Assembly: GCA_963699755.1 (NCBI GenBank)
Contig: CAVOVB010000002.1
Span: 576,001-640,000, forward strand
DNA from: an uncultured delta proteobacterium
GTDB taxonomy: Bacteria > Myxococcota_A > Polyangia > Polyangiales > Houyiibacteriaceae
DNA length: 64,000 bases
Reading direction: 5' to 3'
In this document: one piece after another, positions 1 through 9,911 of the stretch
Layout of the letters: every line of letters begins with the position of its first letter
Position numbering within the stretch: position 1 is the stretch's first letter
Notes under the pieces: generated by a model
What the model saw: the letters and a program-made list of their open reading frames with translations, nothing else
What the model was told of the DNA's origin: nothing
The model's database searches: none
Position numbers and translations under genes: made by a program

Positions 1-981
1 GGTGACTTCTGGATGAGCGTGGTGAAAGCCGAGGAGCTAGCCCGATGCGGCTCGGCGGGCGTCACGATGGGACTTCTCGTTCAGGCCGATATGGCAACCC
101 CGGTCATCAATGACCTCGGCTCGCGTGAAGTGAAGGACGAGTTCCTGGCGCCTGCCATCGCCGGCGACAAGATTGCGGCGCTCGGCGTGAGTGAGCCCGG
201 CGCAGGCTCTGATGTCGCAGGGTTGCGAACGACCGCGCGGGCGGTTGGTGACGAGTACGTCATCAACGGCTCCAAGACATACATCACCAACGGTACGCGC
301 GCGGATTTCATCACGCTCATGGTCAAGACCGATCCCGATGCAGGACATAGCGGCATCTCAATCATCGTCTGTCCCACGGATGTGAAGGGTTTCAGCATCT
401 CCAAGAAGCTCGAGAAGGCTGGCAACTGGGCAAGCGACACAGCCGAGCTCTTCTTCGAGGATGTCCGCGTACCGAAGCGGTACTTGCTCGGACAGGAAGG
501 CATGGGCTTCGTCTATCTGATGCAGAACTTCCAGTCGGAACGATTGGTTGGCTGCGTGAGCGGGCTGGAGGGCTCGAAGCTTGCGCTCGACCGCTCGGTT
601 CAGTTCGGCCGCGAGCGAGTCGCATTCGGAAAGCCGTTGATCAAGCGGGAGTACTGGCAGCAGAAGTTCGTCGACCTGTACACGAAGTACGAGGCAGGCA
701 AGGCGCTCACCTACAACGCCTGCGCTGCCTACAACGAGGACAAGTTCGTGAACAAGGGCATGCTCTCGATGGAGACGACTCGGATCGTATCGATGTCGAA
801 GGCCTACGTCGGCGACGTGACCGCAGAGATCATGGATCAGTGCATGCAGTTCCACGGCGGCATGGGCTATCTAGAGGAGCTCTGGGTGGCCCGCGCCTGG
901 CGAGACGCGCGCCTCTTTCGCATCGGTGGCGGAGCAACGGAAGTCATGCGCTACGCGACCGCGAAGATCATGGGTCTTTGA
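1..981 (+). CDS. Acyl-CoA dehydrogenase (5'-truncated by the window edge)
   Basis: Frame is open from base 1. ACAD motifs ALGVSEPGAGSD, YVINGSKTYITNG, TAELFFEDVRVP, QFHGGMGY and RIGGGATEV. Confidence 0.93.
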   Translation, partial: GDFWMSVVKAEELARCGSAGVTMGLLVQADMATPVINDLGSREVKDEFLAPAIAGDKIAALGVSEPGAGSDVAGLRTTARAVGDEYVINGSKTYITNGTRADFITLMVKTDPDAGHSGISIIVCPTDVKGFSISKKLEKAGNWASDTAELFFEDVRVPKRYLLGQEGMGFVYLMQNFQSERLVGCVSGLEGSKLALDRSVQFGRERVAFGKPLIKREYWQQKFVDLYTKYEAGKALTYNACAAYNEDKFVNKGMLSMETTRIVSMSKAYVGDVTAEIMDQCMQFHGGMGYLEELWVARAWRDARLFRIGGGATEVMRYATAKIMGL

Positions 982-1128
982 GCGCGAAGCGCGGCGCGCG
1001 CCGCGGCGGAGCGCGTGGCGTCGACGGCGCTGCAACGTAGCGCGAATGGCCTGCTCCCCAGAACAACAAGGCATCGGCGCTTGATGGTTGGCGCTGGAGG
1101 TTTGATCCCTGCTGCGGTCATCAGGTGC

Positions 1129-2175
1129 TCACGCTGAGCCCTGCTGCGGTTCGCGGAGGGCCTCCTGCACCTTCTCCCATACGTCGGTCGTTCCTATCAC
1201 ATCGACGATCATGACCGCTTCTGCCGCCGAGATGTTGTCTTGTTTTGGCGTGCTGATGTCGAGCCAGCCGGCAATGCGTCGAGCAATTGCCAGACGGGTC
1301 GCGAGCTCACTCCGGGCTCTGGTCAAGCTGCCAAAGCGCGTCCAGCGCATCGACCAGATCTCGTCGGCGATCCAGTCACCGAAGACCCTGTTCGGGGCGA
1401 CCGGATCGACGACGCGCTCCCCAGCTCGCTCGAACGAGTCCGCCCAAGGACGCCCGTGCTCGCTGCGTTCACGACGGTCGACCAGGAAAGCAATCGCGTC
1501 CCCAAACCATCGCGCTGCAAAGGACGCGCGCGCGGCACCGTGAAAGCCGAGCATCTGGTCGGCTACTTCGGTCCAGCTCATTCCCTCGAGCTTCGGAAAG
1601 GGCTGTGCCCCGAGCAAGGTCATCAGGTTCTTTCCTTCGAGCAAGGCGCCGATTAGGTCTGCCTCGCGCTCAGCGTACTCCGCGAAGGAAAGCGACTCCG
1701 TCGAAGACCAGAAGACCTCGTCGAAGACAGCATGGTCCGGTTTCAGCTCGCCATTCGAGTCGAGCACGCAAGGCCGCGCAGCTTCTGTGCTGATCGGCGG
1801 TAGCGGGCCGAGAGTACGGCAGGTGCATCGGTGCTGAGTCGAGATCCGACCGCCTAGAGGTGTAGCGGTCAGCGCGTAGGGAAACTGAATGCAGGGCGTC
1901 GGCTTCATTTTGGGACCGAGCCTGGAATGGATGGCGCATCCCTCCTCAGTCCAGAACACGCAGCGCCCCGTATCGCTCCGCATCATCAGAACGGCGGCAT
2001 CCTCGCCTTGATGCCGGTCGATGGCGTCTTCGGAGATCATCGCAAGCAGTTCGCAATCTTCGTCGCTGAGCGCCCCAACCGCATGGATATCGCTGCAACA
2101 AAGGCCGTCCCCGACACAGTCGAATCGTGCACCCAAACGCACCAGCAAAGGCTCCCGCCGCGCGTGAGCGGTCAT
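1129..2175 (-). CDS. YkgJ/CxxCxxCC-like cysteine-cluster protein (paralog 1)
   Basis: FDCVGDGLCC...CVFW...CAIH...KPTPCIQFP pattern. Full-length similarity to 11764-12801. Confidence 0.7.
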   Translation of the reverse strand: MTAHARREPLLVRLGARFDCVGDGLCCSDIHAVGALSDEDCELLAMISEDAIDRHQGEDAAVLMMRSDTGRCVFWTEEGCAIHSRLGPKMKPTPCIQFPYALTATPLGGRISTQHRCTCRTLGPLPPISTEAARPCVLDSNGELKPDHAVFDEVFWSSTESLSFAEYAEREADLIGALLEGKNLMTLLGAQPFPKLEGMSWTEVADQMLGFHGAARASFAARWFGDAIAFLVDRRERSEHGRPWADSFERAGERVVDPVAPNRVFGDWIADEIWSMRWTRFGSLTRARSELATRLAIARRIAGWLDISTPKQDNISAAEAVMIVDVIGTTDVWEKVQEALREPQQGSA

Positions 2176-3671
2176 GCGCTTGCCAGACGTGGCTCGGAGG
2201 AGAGGTAGAGAACCTCCATCCCGGGCATCACCACGGCATCGCCTCCGGGGTTGAACTGTTCCTTTCCGCTGTCGGGATCCCGAACGCCGATCACGAGACA
2301 GCCGGTCGAGGCGTGAATCCGCCGGCTCACCTCGTCGAAGCTCGCCGGGACTTCCATTCCCTCCGGAAGCTGACCCACGTAGAGGGTCTGGTGGCCGGCA
2401 AAGACCATGCGACTCGTCGCGTCGGCTACGCCAGGGTAGACGACCGTGTGCGCCAGCAGCGAGTAGCCCACTTTGCGGGTCTCGATGACCTCGTCGCTAC
2501 CGGCAGTGCGCGCATGTTGCACGTTTTCGGAATCCAGAACCTCGGCAATCACCCGGACTGGCTTCTTGCGTTTCTGAGCTGCCGCGCTCTTGGCCAAGGC
2601 CGACCGAATCGTGAAGACGGTAAGAATGGTGGTCGCGTCGGCCTGCTGTGGCTTGACGCGGCGCGAACCGGTCACGATGACCGTCGAGGCATAGGCAATG
2701 CGCGCTTTGTCCAGCTCACTCTCCTTGGTCGGGTCACCCTGGACCCACATGAACTCGGGGGCGAGCTCGAGAGGGCGCTCGTGGGGACCAAAGAGCACCA
2801 CGCGTTGCTCTTCGAAATCGATCTCTTTGCTGAGCACGTCGAGCAGCATTCCGCTGCCCACTTCGTAGCCGCACACCACGATGTGATTCACATAACCGCT
2901 CATTCGAAACTGCTCCTCTCGGATACTCAGAACCGCGTGTAACAGGCTGTGTCCGATGATGCCTGCGAATAGGGCCAAGGTGAACAGGCCACCGACCATC
3001 ATCACACCACCAATGACGCGACCCAAGGCGGTCGCCGGCGTGATGTCCCCGAAGCCCACGGTCGTGATGGTCACCAAAGCCCACCAGAGCCCATCGCCAA
3101 CCGTCCTGATCTCGGGGTTCGAATAACGTTCGACGAGAAAGAGGCTGATGCCCCCGAGAATCGTTTCGACGCCGAGGACCGAGAACGCGAACGTGAAGAG
3201 CAGGCGGTCTTCCTGGAACGCGTGCATGAGACCTTGGAATGGATTGGCGTAGCGGAAGAACTTCCGGGTGCGCAGTAGCCTCAGAAGGCGCAGAGCACGC
3301 AAACCTCGAAGCGCGGGAACCAAGGCGAGGACGGTGACGATGTCGATCAACATCATCGGGGTCAGCGCAAATCGAATCCTATCGAAAACCTCGGTGCGAA
3401 TCCTTCCTAGAGGAGGTTGTTTGAACACCTCGAGCACCGGCGGGCGATACGTGAGGATCCTCGTGCTGACCTCGATCGCAAAGAACCACAGAAGGACGCG
3501 GTCGATCCGCTGAAGGATTCGATCACCCCGTGATCCGTCGGGAAAGAAGGGCTCGGCGATCAGCACCGCGATCGATAGGACAATCAGGACCCAGACGGTC
3601 GACTCGACCAGTCGGTATACCTGCGTGCGCGGGTTGTGAAACGCAGCATGCAGGTAGTCGCGCGCGGTCAT
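2172..3671 (-). CDS. 6-TM potassium channel with C-terminal RCK (TrkA-N-like) domain
   Basis: S4-like LRGLRALRLLRLLR, pore motif WWALVTITTVGFGD, RCK motifs HIVVCG and GDPTKESELDKARI. Confidence 0.9.
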   Translation of the reverse strand: MTARDYLHAAFHNPRTQVYRLVESTVWVLIVLSIAVLIAEPFFPDGSRGDRILQRIDRVLLWFFAIEVSTRILTYRPPVLEVFKQPPLGRIRTEVFDRIRFALTPMMLIDIVTVLALVPALRGLRALRLLRLLRTRKFFRYANPFQGLMHAFQEDRLLFTFAFSVLGVETILGGISLFLVERYSNPEIRTVGDGLWWALVTITTVGFGDITPATALGRVIGGVMMVGGLFTLALFAGIIGHSLLHAVLSIREEQFRMSGYVNHIVVCGYEVGSGMLLDVLSKEIDFEEQRVVLFGPHERPLELAPEFMWVQGDPTKESELDKARIAYASTVIVTGSRRVKPQQADATTILTVFTIRSALAKSAAAQKRKKPVRVIAEVLDSENVQHARTAGSDEVIETRKVGYSLLAHTVVYPGVADATSRMVFAGHQTLYVGQLPEGMEVPASFDEVSRRIHASTGCLVIGVRDPDSGKEQFNPGGDAVVMPGMEVLYLSSEPRLASA

Positions 3672-3679
3672 GCGTCGCG

Positions 3680-3708
3680 AGCATCAATTGGCCGGGAGCT
3701 GGTGTCAA
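3680..3708 (-). promoter_or_regulatory. Possible sigma70-type promoter for the K+ channel gene
   Basis: TTGACA-N17-GATGCT on the minus strand, just upstream of ATG 3671. The -10 match is weak. Confidence 0.35.
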
Positions 3709-3732
3709 CCGCTCCGAACGGACTAGGTCAGC

Positions 3733-5955
3733 CTATTCGGCCGCTACTGGCGTTTGCTCGACCTCCGTGAGTTCGATTGCGTCCGCGAGGATTTCGGCGA
3801 TGTCACGTTGACCAATCTCTGCCTCCTTTTCCGCAGCCTTGAGACCATCGGTCAACATGGTCATGCAGAAGGGACAGCCGCTCGCGATGGTGCTTGCGCC
3901 GGTGTCGAGCAACTGCAGCGTGCGCTTGTTGTTCACGCGCTCGTCGCCGTGTTCTTCCATGAACATTTGGGCTCCACCGGCACCGCAGCAAAGGCCCTTG
4001 TTGCGGTTCCAGTACGGAACCTCGGTCAGCTCGAGGCCGTCGATTGCCTCGAGAATCTGTCGCGGCGAATCGTAAACCTGGTTGTACCGGCCGAGATAGC
4101 AGCTGTCGTGGTAGACGACCTTTCCCTTCACCGACTTCGACGGAACGAGCTTGCCCGCGACGAGCAGGCCATTGAGGAAGTCGCTGTGGTGCACCACATC
4201 GTAGTTGCCGCCGAAATCGCTGTACTCGTTGGCAAGTGTGTTGAAGCAATGCGGGCACGCCGTGATGATCGTCTTTTTCGAAGCCTCGTAGCCGTTGAGG
4301 GTTTCGATGTTTTGCTCGGCGAGCATCTGAAAGAGATACTCGTTGCCGGCGCGGCGCGCAGGATCGCCAGTGCATGTCTCCTCGGTGCCGAGAATCGCGA
4401 AGTCCACGTGCGCCTTCTTCAAAAGCTTGGAGACGGCGCGCGCAACCTTCTTGGCGCGGTCGTCGTAGCTGGCCGCACAGCCGACCCAGTAGAGAACTTC
4501 TGCATCGGGCTTGTCGCTCAGCAATGGGATGTCCAGGCCGTCTGCCCAGTCGGCACGGTCCATCGCCGAGATGTTCCACGGGTTCCCGTTGGTCTCGATG
4601 CCGTTGAACGCCCCCTGAAGCTCGCCCGGGAACTCGTTCTTCATCATGACTTCTTCGCGGCGCATGCCGATGATCTTGTCGACGTAGGAAATCATGACGG
4701 GACACTGCTCTTCGCAAGCGCGGCAAGAGGTGCAGCCCCAAATCACGTCCGGATGAAGAACATTCGGAACCAGATCGACGACGGTCTCCCCGACGAAATA
4801 GCCGCCCGCTGGCGCCGCCGGAAAGGTGTGAATCGGCTCCTGGGCATCGCTCGGCTTCGGTTCGGCGGCCGGAGTATCACTGGGCTCTTCGACGAGGGCG
4901 TCCTTGCCGAACATGTCTTTTTCGGTGGCATAGAGGTGATCTCGCAGTGCAAGCGTGAGGTGCTTGGGCGAGAGCATCTTGCCAGTGATATAGGCGGGGC
5001 AATTGTCGCTGCATCGCCCGCACTCGGTGCAGGTGTACAGGTCCATGATGTGCTTGTACGTGAGGTCGCTGAGCCTGTTGATGCCGAGCGACTCCTCCCG
5101 CTCGACCTTCCCTTCGAGGTCCTCGACCTTCGGAAGCGCATTCGGCCGCCGTTCATAGGCGAACACGTTGGGAATCACGGTGAGCACGTGGAAGTGCTTC
5201 GAGTACGGGAGGATGTTCAAGAAGATTAAGACGAATGCCGAGTGCCACCAGAAACCCGAGTGCTGGAACGCCTTCAGGGCACTCACGTTCTCCACGTTCG
5301 AGAGAAACTGCGCAACGATTCCGCCAAACGGCTCCCACCAGCCGGCGTGAATCACTTCGCCAGTGGCGCGGGCATCGACGACCAAGGAGGCGCCGACGTA
5401 GAGGAAATCCGCGGCCATCATCGTGATGATGATGAACAGAATCAGAATGGGCTCGGTGAAGATGTGGCGGTTGGCGTGGTGGCCGAGCGTCATCCGAGGC
5501 TTGTTTTTGACGGCCTTCGGGTCGCCGCTGTCCTCGCCGCGCTTAACCCAGCGCAGGTAGAGAAAGAGGAGCGAGCCCACGATGGCCGCAAACGCCGCGA
5601 GCTCCTTGACTAAGGAGTACAGCTTGCCGACCAGGTGGTCGGTGCTCAGCAAACCCCAGAAGTCGAACCCGGCGTCGAAGCCACGGCCCCAGAGCATGAG
5701 GCTGTTGAGGAGGAGCACCTGGAACGCGACGAAGATACCCACATGCGCGAACCCCGCCATGGTGTAGTTGGGCATCCTTTTTTGGCCAAAGGCATAGATG
5801 AGCAGCGTCTTCGTTCGGTCGGCGATTTGCTCGCCATCCCAGGCAAAGCGCGGGTCGGGTACCCCAACCTTGACCTGCCGGAGCCGCCGAAACGCGGACC
5901 ACGAGAAAAATCCGAGCGTGCTCACCAGCAGCAGCGTCATCCAAATCGGACCCAT
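3733..5955 (-). CDS. Membrane-bound Fe-S oxidoreductase (FadF/HdrD-like): TM domain, 2x[4Fe-4S], two CCG-type domains
   Basis: N-terminal TM helices, CTECGRCSDNCP, CTSCRACEEQCP, YWVGC, TACPHC, YHDSCYLGR, CCGAGG, CPFC. Confidence 0.9.
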   Translation of the reverse strand: MGPIWMTLLLVSTLGFFSWSAFRRLRQVKVGVPDPRFAWDGEQIADRTKTLLIYAFGQKRMPNYTMAGFAHVGIFVAFQVLLLNSLMLWGRGFDAGFDFWGLLSTDHLVGKLYSLVKELAAFAAIVGSLLFLYLRWVKRGEDSGDPKAVKNKPRMTLGHHANRHIFTEPILILFIIITMMAADFLYVGASLVVDARATGEVIHAGWWEPFGGIVAQFLSNVENVSALKAFQHSGFWWHSAFVLIFLNILPYSKHFHVLTVIPNVFAYERRPNALPKVEDLEGKVEREESLGINRLSDLTYKHIMDLYTCTECGRCSDNCPAYITGKMLSPKHLTLALRDHLYATEKDMFGKDALVEEPSDTPAAEPKPSDAQEPIHTFPAAPAGGYFVGETVVDLVPNVLHPDVIWGCTSCRACEEQCPVMISYVDKIIGMRREEVMMKNEFPGELQGAFNGIETNGNPWNISAMDRADWADGLDIPLLSDKPDAEVLYWVGCAASYDDRAKKVARAVSKLLKKAHVDFAILGTEETCTGDPARRAGNEYLFQMLAEQNIETLNGYEASKKTIITACPHCFNTLANEYSDFGGNYDVVHHSDFLNGLLVAGKLVPSKSVKGKVVYHDSCYLGRYNQVYDSPRQILEAIDGLELTEVPYWNRNKGLCCGAGGAQMFMEEHGDERVNNKRTLQLLDTGASTIASGCPFCMTMLTDGLKAAEKEAEIGQRDIAEILADAIELTEVEQTPVAAE

Positions 5956-6014
5956 CGTCTTCTCCCTGACTTCAAGCGCGGAATCGGTACAAATGTAGGC
6001 TCGCGCTGCGCGAA

Positions 6015-6043
6015 GGTTTAGGGGTGCTCTGCGGTGAAGTCAA
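6015..6043 (-). promoter_or_regulatory. Probable sigma70-type promoter for the Fe-S oxidoreductase gene
   Basis: TTGACT-N17-TAAACC on the minus strand. Confidence 0.45.
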
Positions 6044-6100
6044 ATCCCATGCCCAGCCTCTGGTCGGGCCTCGAATCGCCAGTTCCATTATGATTCCAAG

Positions 6101-7684
6101 GTGGGCCGTCTGACTTCGATAATTCTTCTGGGGCTCGCTGCATGCACGGCACCGGCCCTGCGCACAGTCCCGCGTGTCGAGGACGGCGAGCTGGTGCACG
6201 GCCCCTTCGTCTCTCCGTACGCCTATCGGTGGTTCATCGAGGGCGAGACCTGGGCCAGCAAGGGCCAGCACGACCGAGCGGTGATGGCATTCGAAAACGC
6301 GACCGCGGCGCCGACAGATGACGAGCTCCTCATGACCCGCCTGGCTGAGGAGTACGAGTTGAGCGGCGAGTCGCGGCGTGCCGACCGCACTCTGAGCCTG
6401 GCACGTCGTTCCTATCCGGGTTCGCCGAGGGTCGCCTTTGCCGAGGGTCGGCTCGCGCAACACAGAGGCGAGGACATGGAGGCAATCGCCGCGTTCCTGC
6501 GCGCCAGGGAGCTCGCGCGCAGCTGGGACGCACCCGTCATCGCGCTGGCGGAGACACTGGTAGCAGCGGGGCATGAAGAGCGGGCGAGCGCGATCTTGCT
6601 CGAGTACCTCACCGGCTCGAGGGGGGCGGGCTTGGACCGCGCTAGGCGGGTTCTGGTCGACCTGGCGCGACGCAGGGGAGATGCACAAACCCTGGAACAG
6701 GCCCTTGGCTCCGATCTGCGGTTGACGCCGGCGGCGCGCGCCCTGGCCGCTGGAAAGCTCGCGCTCGAGAGCGGTCAACCCGCGCTGGCGGCGAGAATTC
6801 TCGCGGCGGCATTGGATACTCCCGAGACCGTAGTCTTGTGGTTGCGCGCGCTGGTGGAAAGCGGTGACCGGAAAGAGGCGGCGCTGTTCTTGCATCACGT
6901 CAAGAGCGAACGTCTGGGCGGCCTTCCCGAGCATGTAGCCCTGCTCCTGCAGATCGACGAAGCCGACACCGCACTTCGCTTGCTGGAATCCGCAGAGCGA
7001 TCACCAAGGGTGGAGTCCGCTAAGGGTCATGCGCTCCTTGCCCGCGGGGACTACCTGGAAGCCGCCGCCGTTCTTTCGGAGGTCCCGCTCGGCGCAGCAA
7101 GCTTCGAAGCCGCGCGAATCGCACTTGCCGCATGTTGGATCGCGCGGGGCCGCTCGGGTGCTGCAGCCGAAACGCTGAGCCAGGCACCACACGATTCGCT
7201 CGCCATTCGCGAGATGCTCGCCGAGATCTATCTCGGAGAAGGGACGCTACCCTCGGCTCTTCGACTCTTCGACCCGAAACGAAACCCCGAACGCGCAACG
7301 CTTGCCAGCGTCTTCGAGCGGGCGGGTCGATTTGAAGAGGCCGCAGCGTACTACGCAGCGGTGAGGGCGACTTCTGCCGATCAAGCCCAGTTGCAAGCGC
7401 GTGCCTCGGCCGAAAAGCTCGCTGCGCTCGGAAATCGCAGGGCCGCGATCGCCATTCTCGATCGATGGACCGCGAGCGCCCCCGATGACCTATACGCCAG
7501 GGTTCGCCTCGTCGAGCTCCTCGCGGCCGATGATCGGGCTGACCTCGCACAGAAGAGCGGCCGACAAACGCTCGAGCTCATCGACCAGCCCCTTCTGCGC
7601 GCACACCTCATCGACGTCCTCGAGGCTTCGGCGGAGAGAGACGAAGCCATGAACCAGCAGGTTTCTGCGGAATCGAAGCCGTGA
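6101..7684 (+). CDS. TPR-repeat lipoprotein
   Basis: Lipobox LAAC after a short hydrophobic signal. Ala/Leu-rich TPR-like helical repeats throughout. Confidence 0.7.
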   Translation: MGRLTSIILLGLAACTAPALRTVPRVEDGELVHGPFVSPYAYRWFIEGETWASKGQHDRAVMAFENATAAPTDDELLMTRLAEEYELSGESRRADRTLSLARRSYPGSPRVAFAEGRLAQHRGEDMEAIAAFLRARELARSWDAPVIALAETLVAAGHEERASAILLEYLTGSRGAGLDRARRVLVDLARRRGDAQTLEQALGSDLRLTPAARALAAGKLALESGQPALAARILAAALDTPETVVLWLRALVESGDRKEAALFLHHVKSERLGGLPEHVALLLQIDEADTALRLLESAERSPRVESAKGHALLARGDYLEAAAVLSEVPLGAASFEAARIALAACWIARGRSGAAAETLSQAPHDSLAIREMLAEIYLGEGTLPSALRLFDPKRNPERATLASVFERAGRFEEAAAYYAAVRATSADQAQLQARASAEKLAALGNRRAAIAILDRWTASAPDDLYARVRLVELLAADDRADLAQKSGRQTLELIDQPLLRAHLIDVLEASAERDEAMNQQVSAESKP

Positions 7685-7691
7685 ACCGCGC

Positions 7692-8300
7692 TCAGTACTC
7701 GCCGAAGAGATCTTGAATCCGCACGTCGAGCGCGGTTGCGATCTTGTAGAGGGAGCTGATCGACGCACTCGACTCGGCGCGTTCGATTTGTGAGAGAAGC
7801 GAAACGCTCAGCCCCGTACGGCGGGCCATCTGCTTCAAGGTCAGCCCGCGATCTTTGCGCAGCCCCCGAATGGTTTCGCCAATGACGCGATGAAGGTTCT
7901 CCTCAGGTGTTCGGAGGAGCCCCTTCTTGCGCATCACCCGATCGAGCACCTCGCGGAACTCATCGGGGTTGAAAGGCTTCTTGAGATAGTCGACCGCGTC
8001 GAGCTTCATCGACTGCACCGCGGTGTCGAGTGACGGAAAGCCGGTGAAAATCACGACGGCTACGTCGCTATCGACCTTACGAATCTGCTCGAGGAGCTCG
8101 ACGCCCCCGAGGCCCGGCATCATCAAGTCGAGCACGACGAGGTGGTATCCTCCGTCTTTTACCTCCTCAGGCGCGTCTTTGGGGTTGGCAAGGGTGGTGA
8201 CCTCGAAGCCGTCCTTCGTCAGGAACGTCTCCATGAACTCCAAGATCGCCGGGTCATCATCAACGACCAAAACTCTTACGGGTAGTAACGCCTTTGCCAT
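7692..8300 (-). CDS. Response regulator: receiver domain plus XRE-type HTH
   Basis: VLVVDDD, LDLMMP, DYLKKPF, then IRGLRKDRGLTLKQMARRTGLSVSLLSQIER. ATG 8300 is preceded by GGAGG. Confidence 0.9.
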   Translation of the reverse strand: MAKALLPVRVLVVDDDPAILEFMETFLTKDGFEVTTLANPKDAPEEVKDGGYHLVVLDLMMPGLGGVELLEQIRKVDSDVAVVIFTGFPSLDTAVQSMKLDAVDYLKKPFNPDEFREVLDRVMRKKGLLRTPEENLHRVIGETIRGLRKDRGLTLKQMARRTGLSVSLLSQIERAESSASISSLYKIATALDVRIQDLFGEY

Positions 8301-8341
8301 CCTGCCTCCGCTGCAATTGTAATTGCAGTGTTCAATTATAG

Positions 8342-8415
<74 letters not shown>

Positions 8416-8432
8416 TATTTCAAGCTCGGCGG

Positions 8433-8461
8433 AATCTAGCGTTATCGTCGAGTGCTGTCAA
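8433..8461 (-). promoter_or_regulatory. sigma70-type promoter of tRNA-Pro
   Basis: TTGACA-N17-TAGATT on the minus strand, 17 nt upstream of the tRNA. Confidence 0.8.
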
Positions 8462-8465
8462 AGAG

Positions 8466-9791
8466 CTATCCTACATTTACCCACACATACGCCTGGTAGG
8501 CGTCCGCCCAGGCGCCTGCACCTTCGATCCAGGGACCTATCTGGACGCGGCCAGTGGGATCAATGCGCAGTGATTTCAGACCTGAAGGGCGTTCTGCTCG
8601 GGGCTCGAATCCCGGCAAGTCCGCCTGGCCCACCACCCCGGAACCCTCCGCGTCCAGCGGCGAGCAGACCGCGTAGAGGAGCGTTCCACCCGGTCGAACC
8701 AGCGGCGCGACCGATTCGAGCAGACGGCGCTGTGTCTCAGCGATCTCCACGGCGTTCCCCGGGCCGCTTCGCAGTAAAATTTCAGGCCTACGGCGCAGCG
8801 TCCCTAGGCCCGTGCAAGGGGCGTCCACGAGGACGCGGTCGAACTCGCCTTGGACCCCACCCTTCCCGACGGTCCAATCGACACAAGCGGTCTGAAGCCG
8901 CGCAGGATCGAGTCGCAGCCGCGCGAGCTCGGCAGCGATCTGCTCGAGTCGGTGTTCGTGAAGGTCGGTCGCCACGACGCTACCGGATTCGCCCACTGCT
9001 TCGACCAGCTGGGCGGTCTTGCCGCCGCGACCGGCGCAGGCATCGAGCACTCGCTCGCCGGGCTGCGCGTCCAACATGAGGCCGATCAGCTGGGCACCCT
9101 CTTCCTGCGCGGCAAACGAGCCTTCTCGGTAGCCTGGTAGCGCGCGCGGATCGCCAGCGCCACTGACTCGCAAACCTAGCGGCGATAGCGAGGTCGGCGT
9201 CACGGACGCATTGGGTTGTGCAGCAGCGAGCGCCTTGGAGACTAGGTCTCGATCGCGGTCCACGCGCACTCGCAGATCGATCGACGGGGGCTCCCGCCCA
9301 ATACGGAGAAGGTCTTCCGTCCGCTTTGCTCCGATCGAAGCATGAAGGTCGTCGCGCAACCAATCGGGGATGGCCAAAGACGAAGGAGGTTGAGGAGTGT
9401 CTGGACGATCGGCAGCAACCTTTCGAAGCACGGCATTTGCGAAACCAGCAAGTCTCTTGCCGCGTTTCATGCGCACGAGCTCCACCGCATCGTTGACTAC
9501 GGCATGCGTGGGAACACGCTCGAGGTAGAGAAGTTGGTAGACCGCGCCGAACAGCGCTGAGCGCGTCCAGTCATCGACCTTGAGTGGACCCTGAAGGTGT
9601 CGCCGGATTGCGGCTTCGAGATCGGGCGCGGTTCGAAGCGAGCCGTAGACGATCTGCGTTGCAAGCGCGACATCGGTGCGTCTGAGCGCAGCGCGACGCA
9701 CCTCCGCATCGAGGGTCGGTGTCGCCCAGGCGTCATCGTGTGCGACCCGTTCGAGCACCCGGGTTGCGATCAGTCTGGCGGGGGCCACCAC
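8466..9791 (-). CDS. rsmB: 16S rRNA m5C methyltransferase (RsmB/Sun) with NusB-like N-terminal domain
   Basis: HAVVNDAVELVR, FANAVLR, VLDACAGRGGKT, VLVDAPCTGLGTLRRRPE, LLYAVCS. Confidence 0.88.
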   Translation of the reverse strand: MVAPARLIATRVLERVAHDDAWATPTLDAEVRRAALRRTDVALATQIVYGSLRTAPDLEAAIRRHLQGPLKVDDWTRSALFGAVYQLLYLERVPTHAVVNDAVELVRMKRGKRLAGFANAVLRKVAADRPDTPQPPSSLAIPDWLRDDLHASIGAKRTEDLLRIGREPPSIDLRVRVDRDRDLVSKALAAAQPNASVTPTSLSPLGLRVSGAGDPRALPGYREGSFAAQEEGAQLIGLMLDAQPGERVLDACAGRGGKTAQLVEAVGESGSVVATDLHEHRLEQIAAELARLRLDPARLQTACVDWTVGKGGVQGEFDRVLVDAPCTGLGTLRRRPEILLRSGPGNAVEIAETQRRLLESVAPLVRPGGTLLYAVCSPLDAEGSGVVGQADLPGFEPRAERPSGLKSLRIDPTGRVQIGPWIEGAGAWADAYQAYVWVNVG

Positions 9792-9911
9792 GGCTCAAGC
9801 TTACTCTCGTCCCCTCTGCAGGCACGGAGATTGGAGACCTCGTGAACCCCATGATACCTTAGCCTCTGTGGGTCAGAGGATGGTGCGATTAAGGGCAAGG
9901 AGGCGAGCTCG

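Noticed and set aside
982..1128. GC-rich gaps between convergent genes (also 62189-62335)
   Set aside because: No convincing stem, repeat or coding signal beyond chance GC pairing.
3050..3075. TVGFG rather than TVGYG in the K+ channel selectivity filter
   Set aside because: GFG is a known functional variant, so it is not unusual.
3754..5229. Long antisense ORFs (also 33322-34461, 39305-40600, 43277-44479, 56396-58009, 60917-62308)
   Set aside because: They are shadows of well-supported genes, expected from high-GC codon bias, and carry no recognisable motifs.
9820..9836. Possible sigma54 site AGGCAC-N5-TTGGA upstream of the REC-GGDEF gene
   Set aside because: Lacks the conserved GC at -12 and the leading T; too weak to call.
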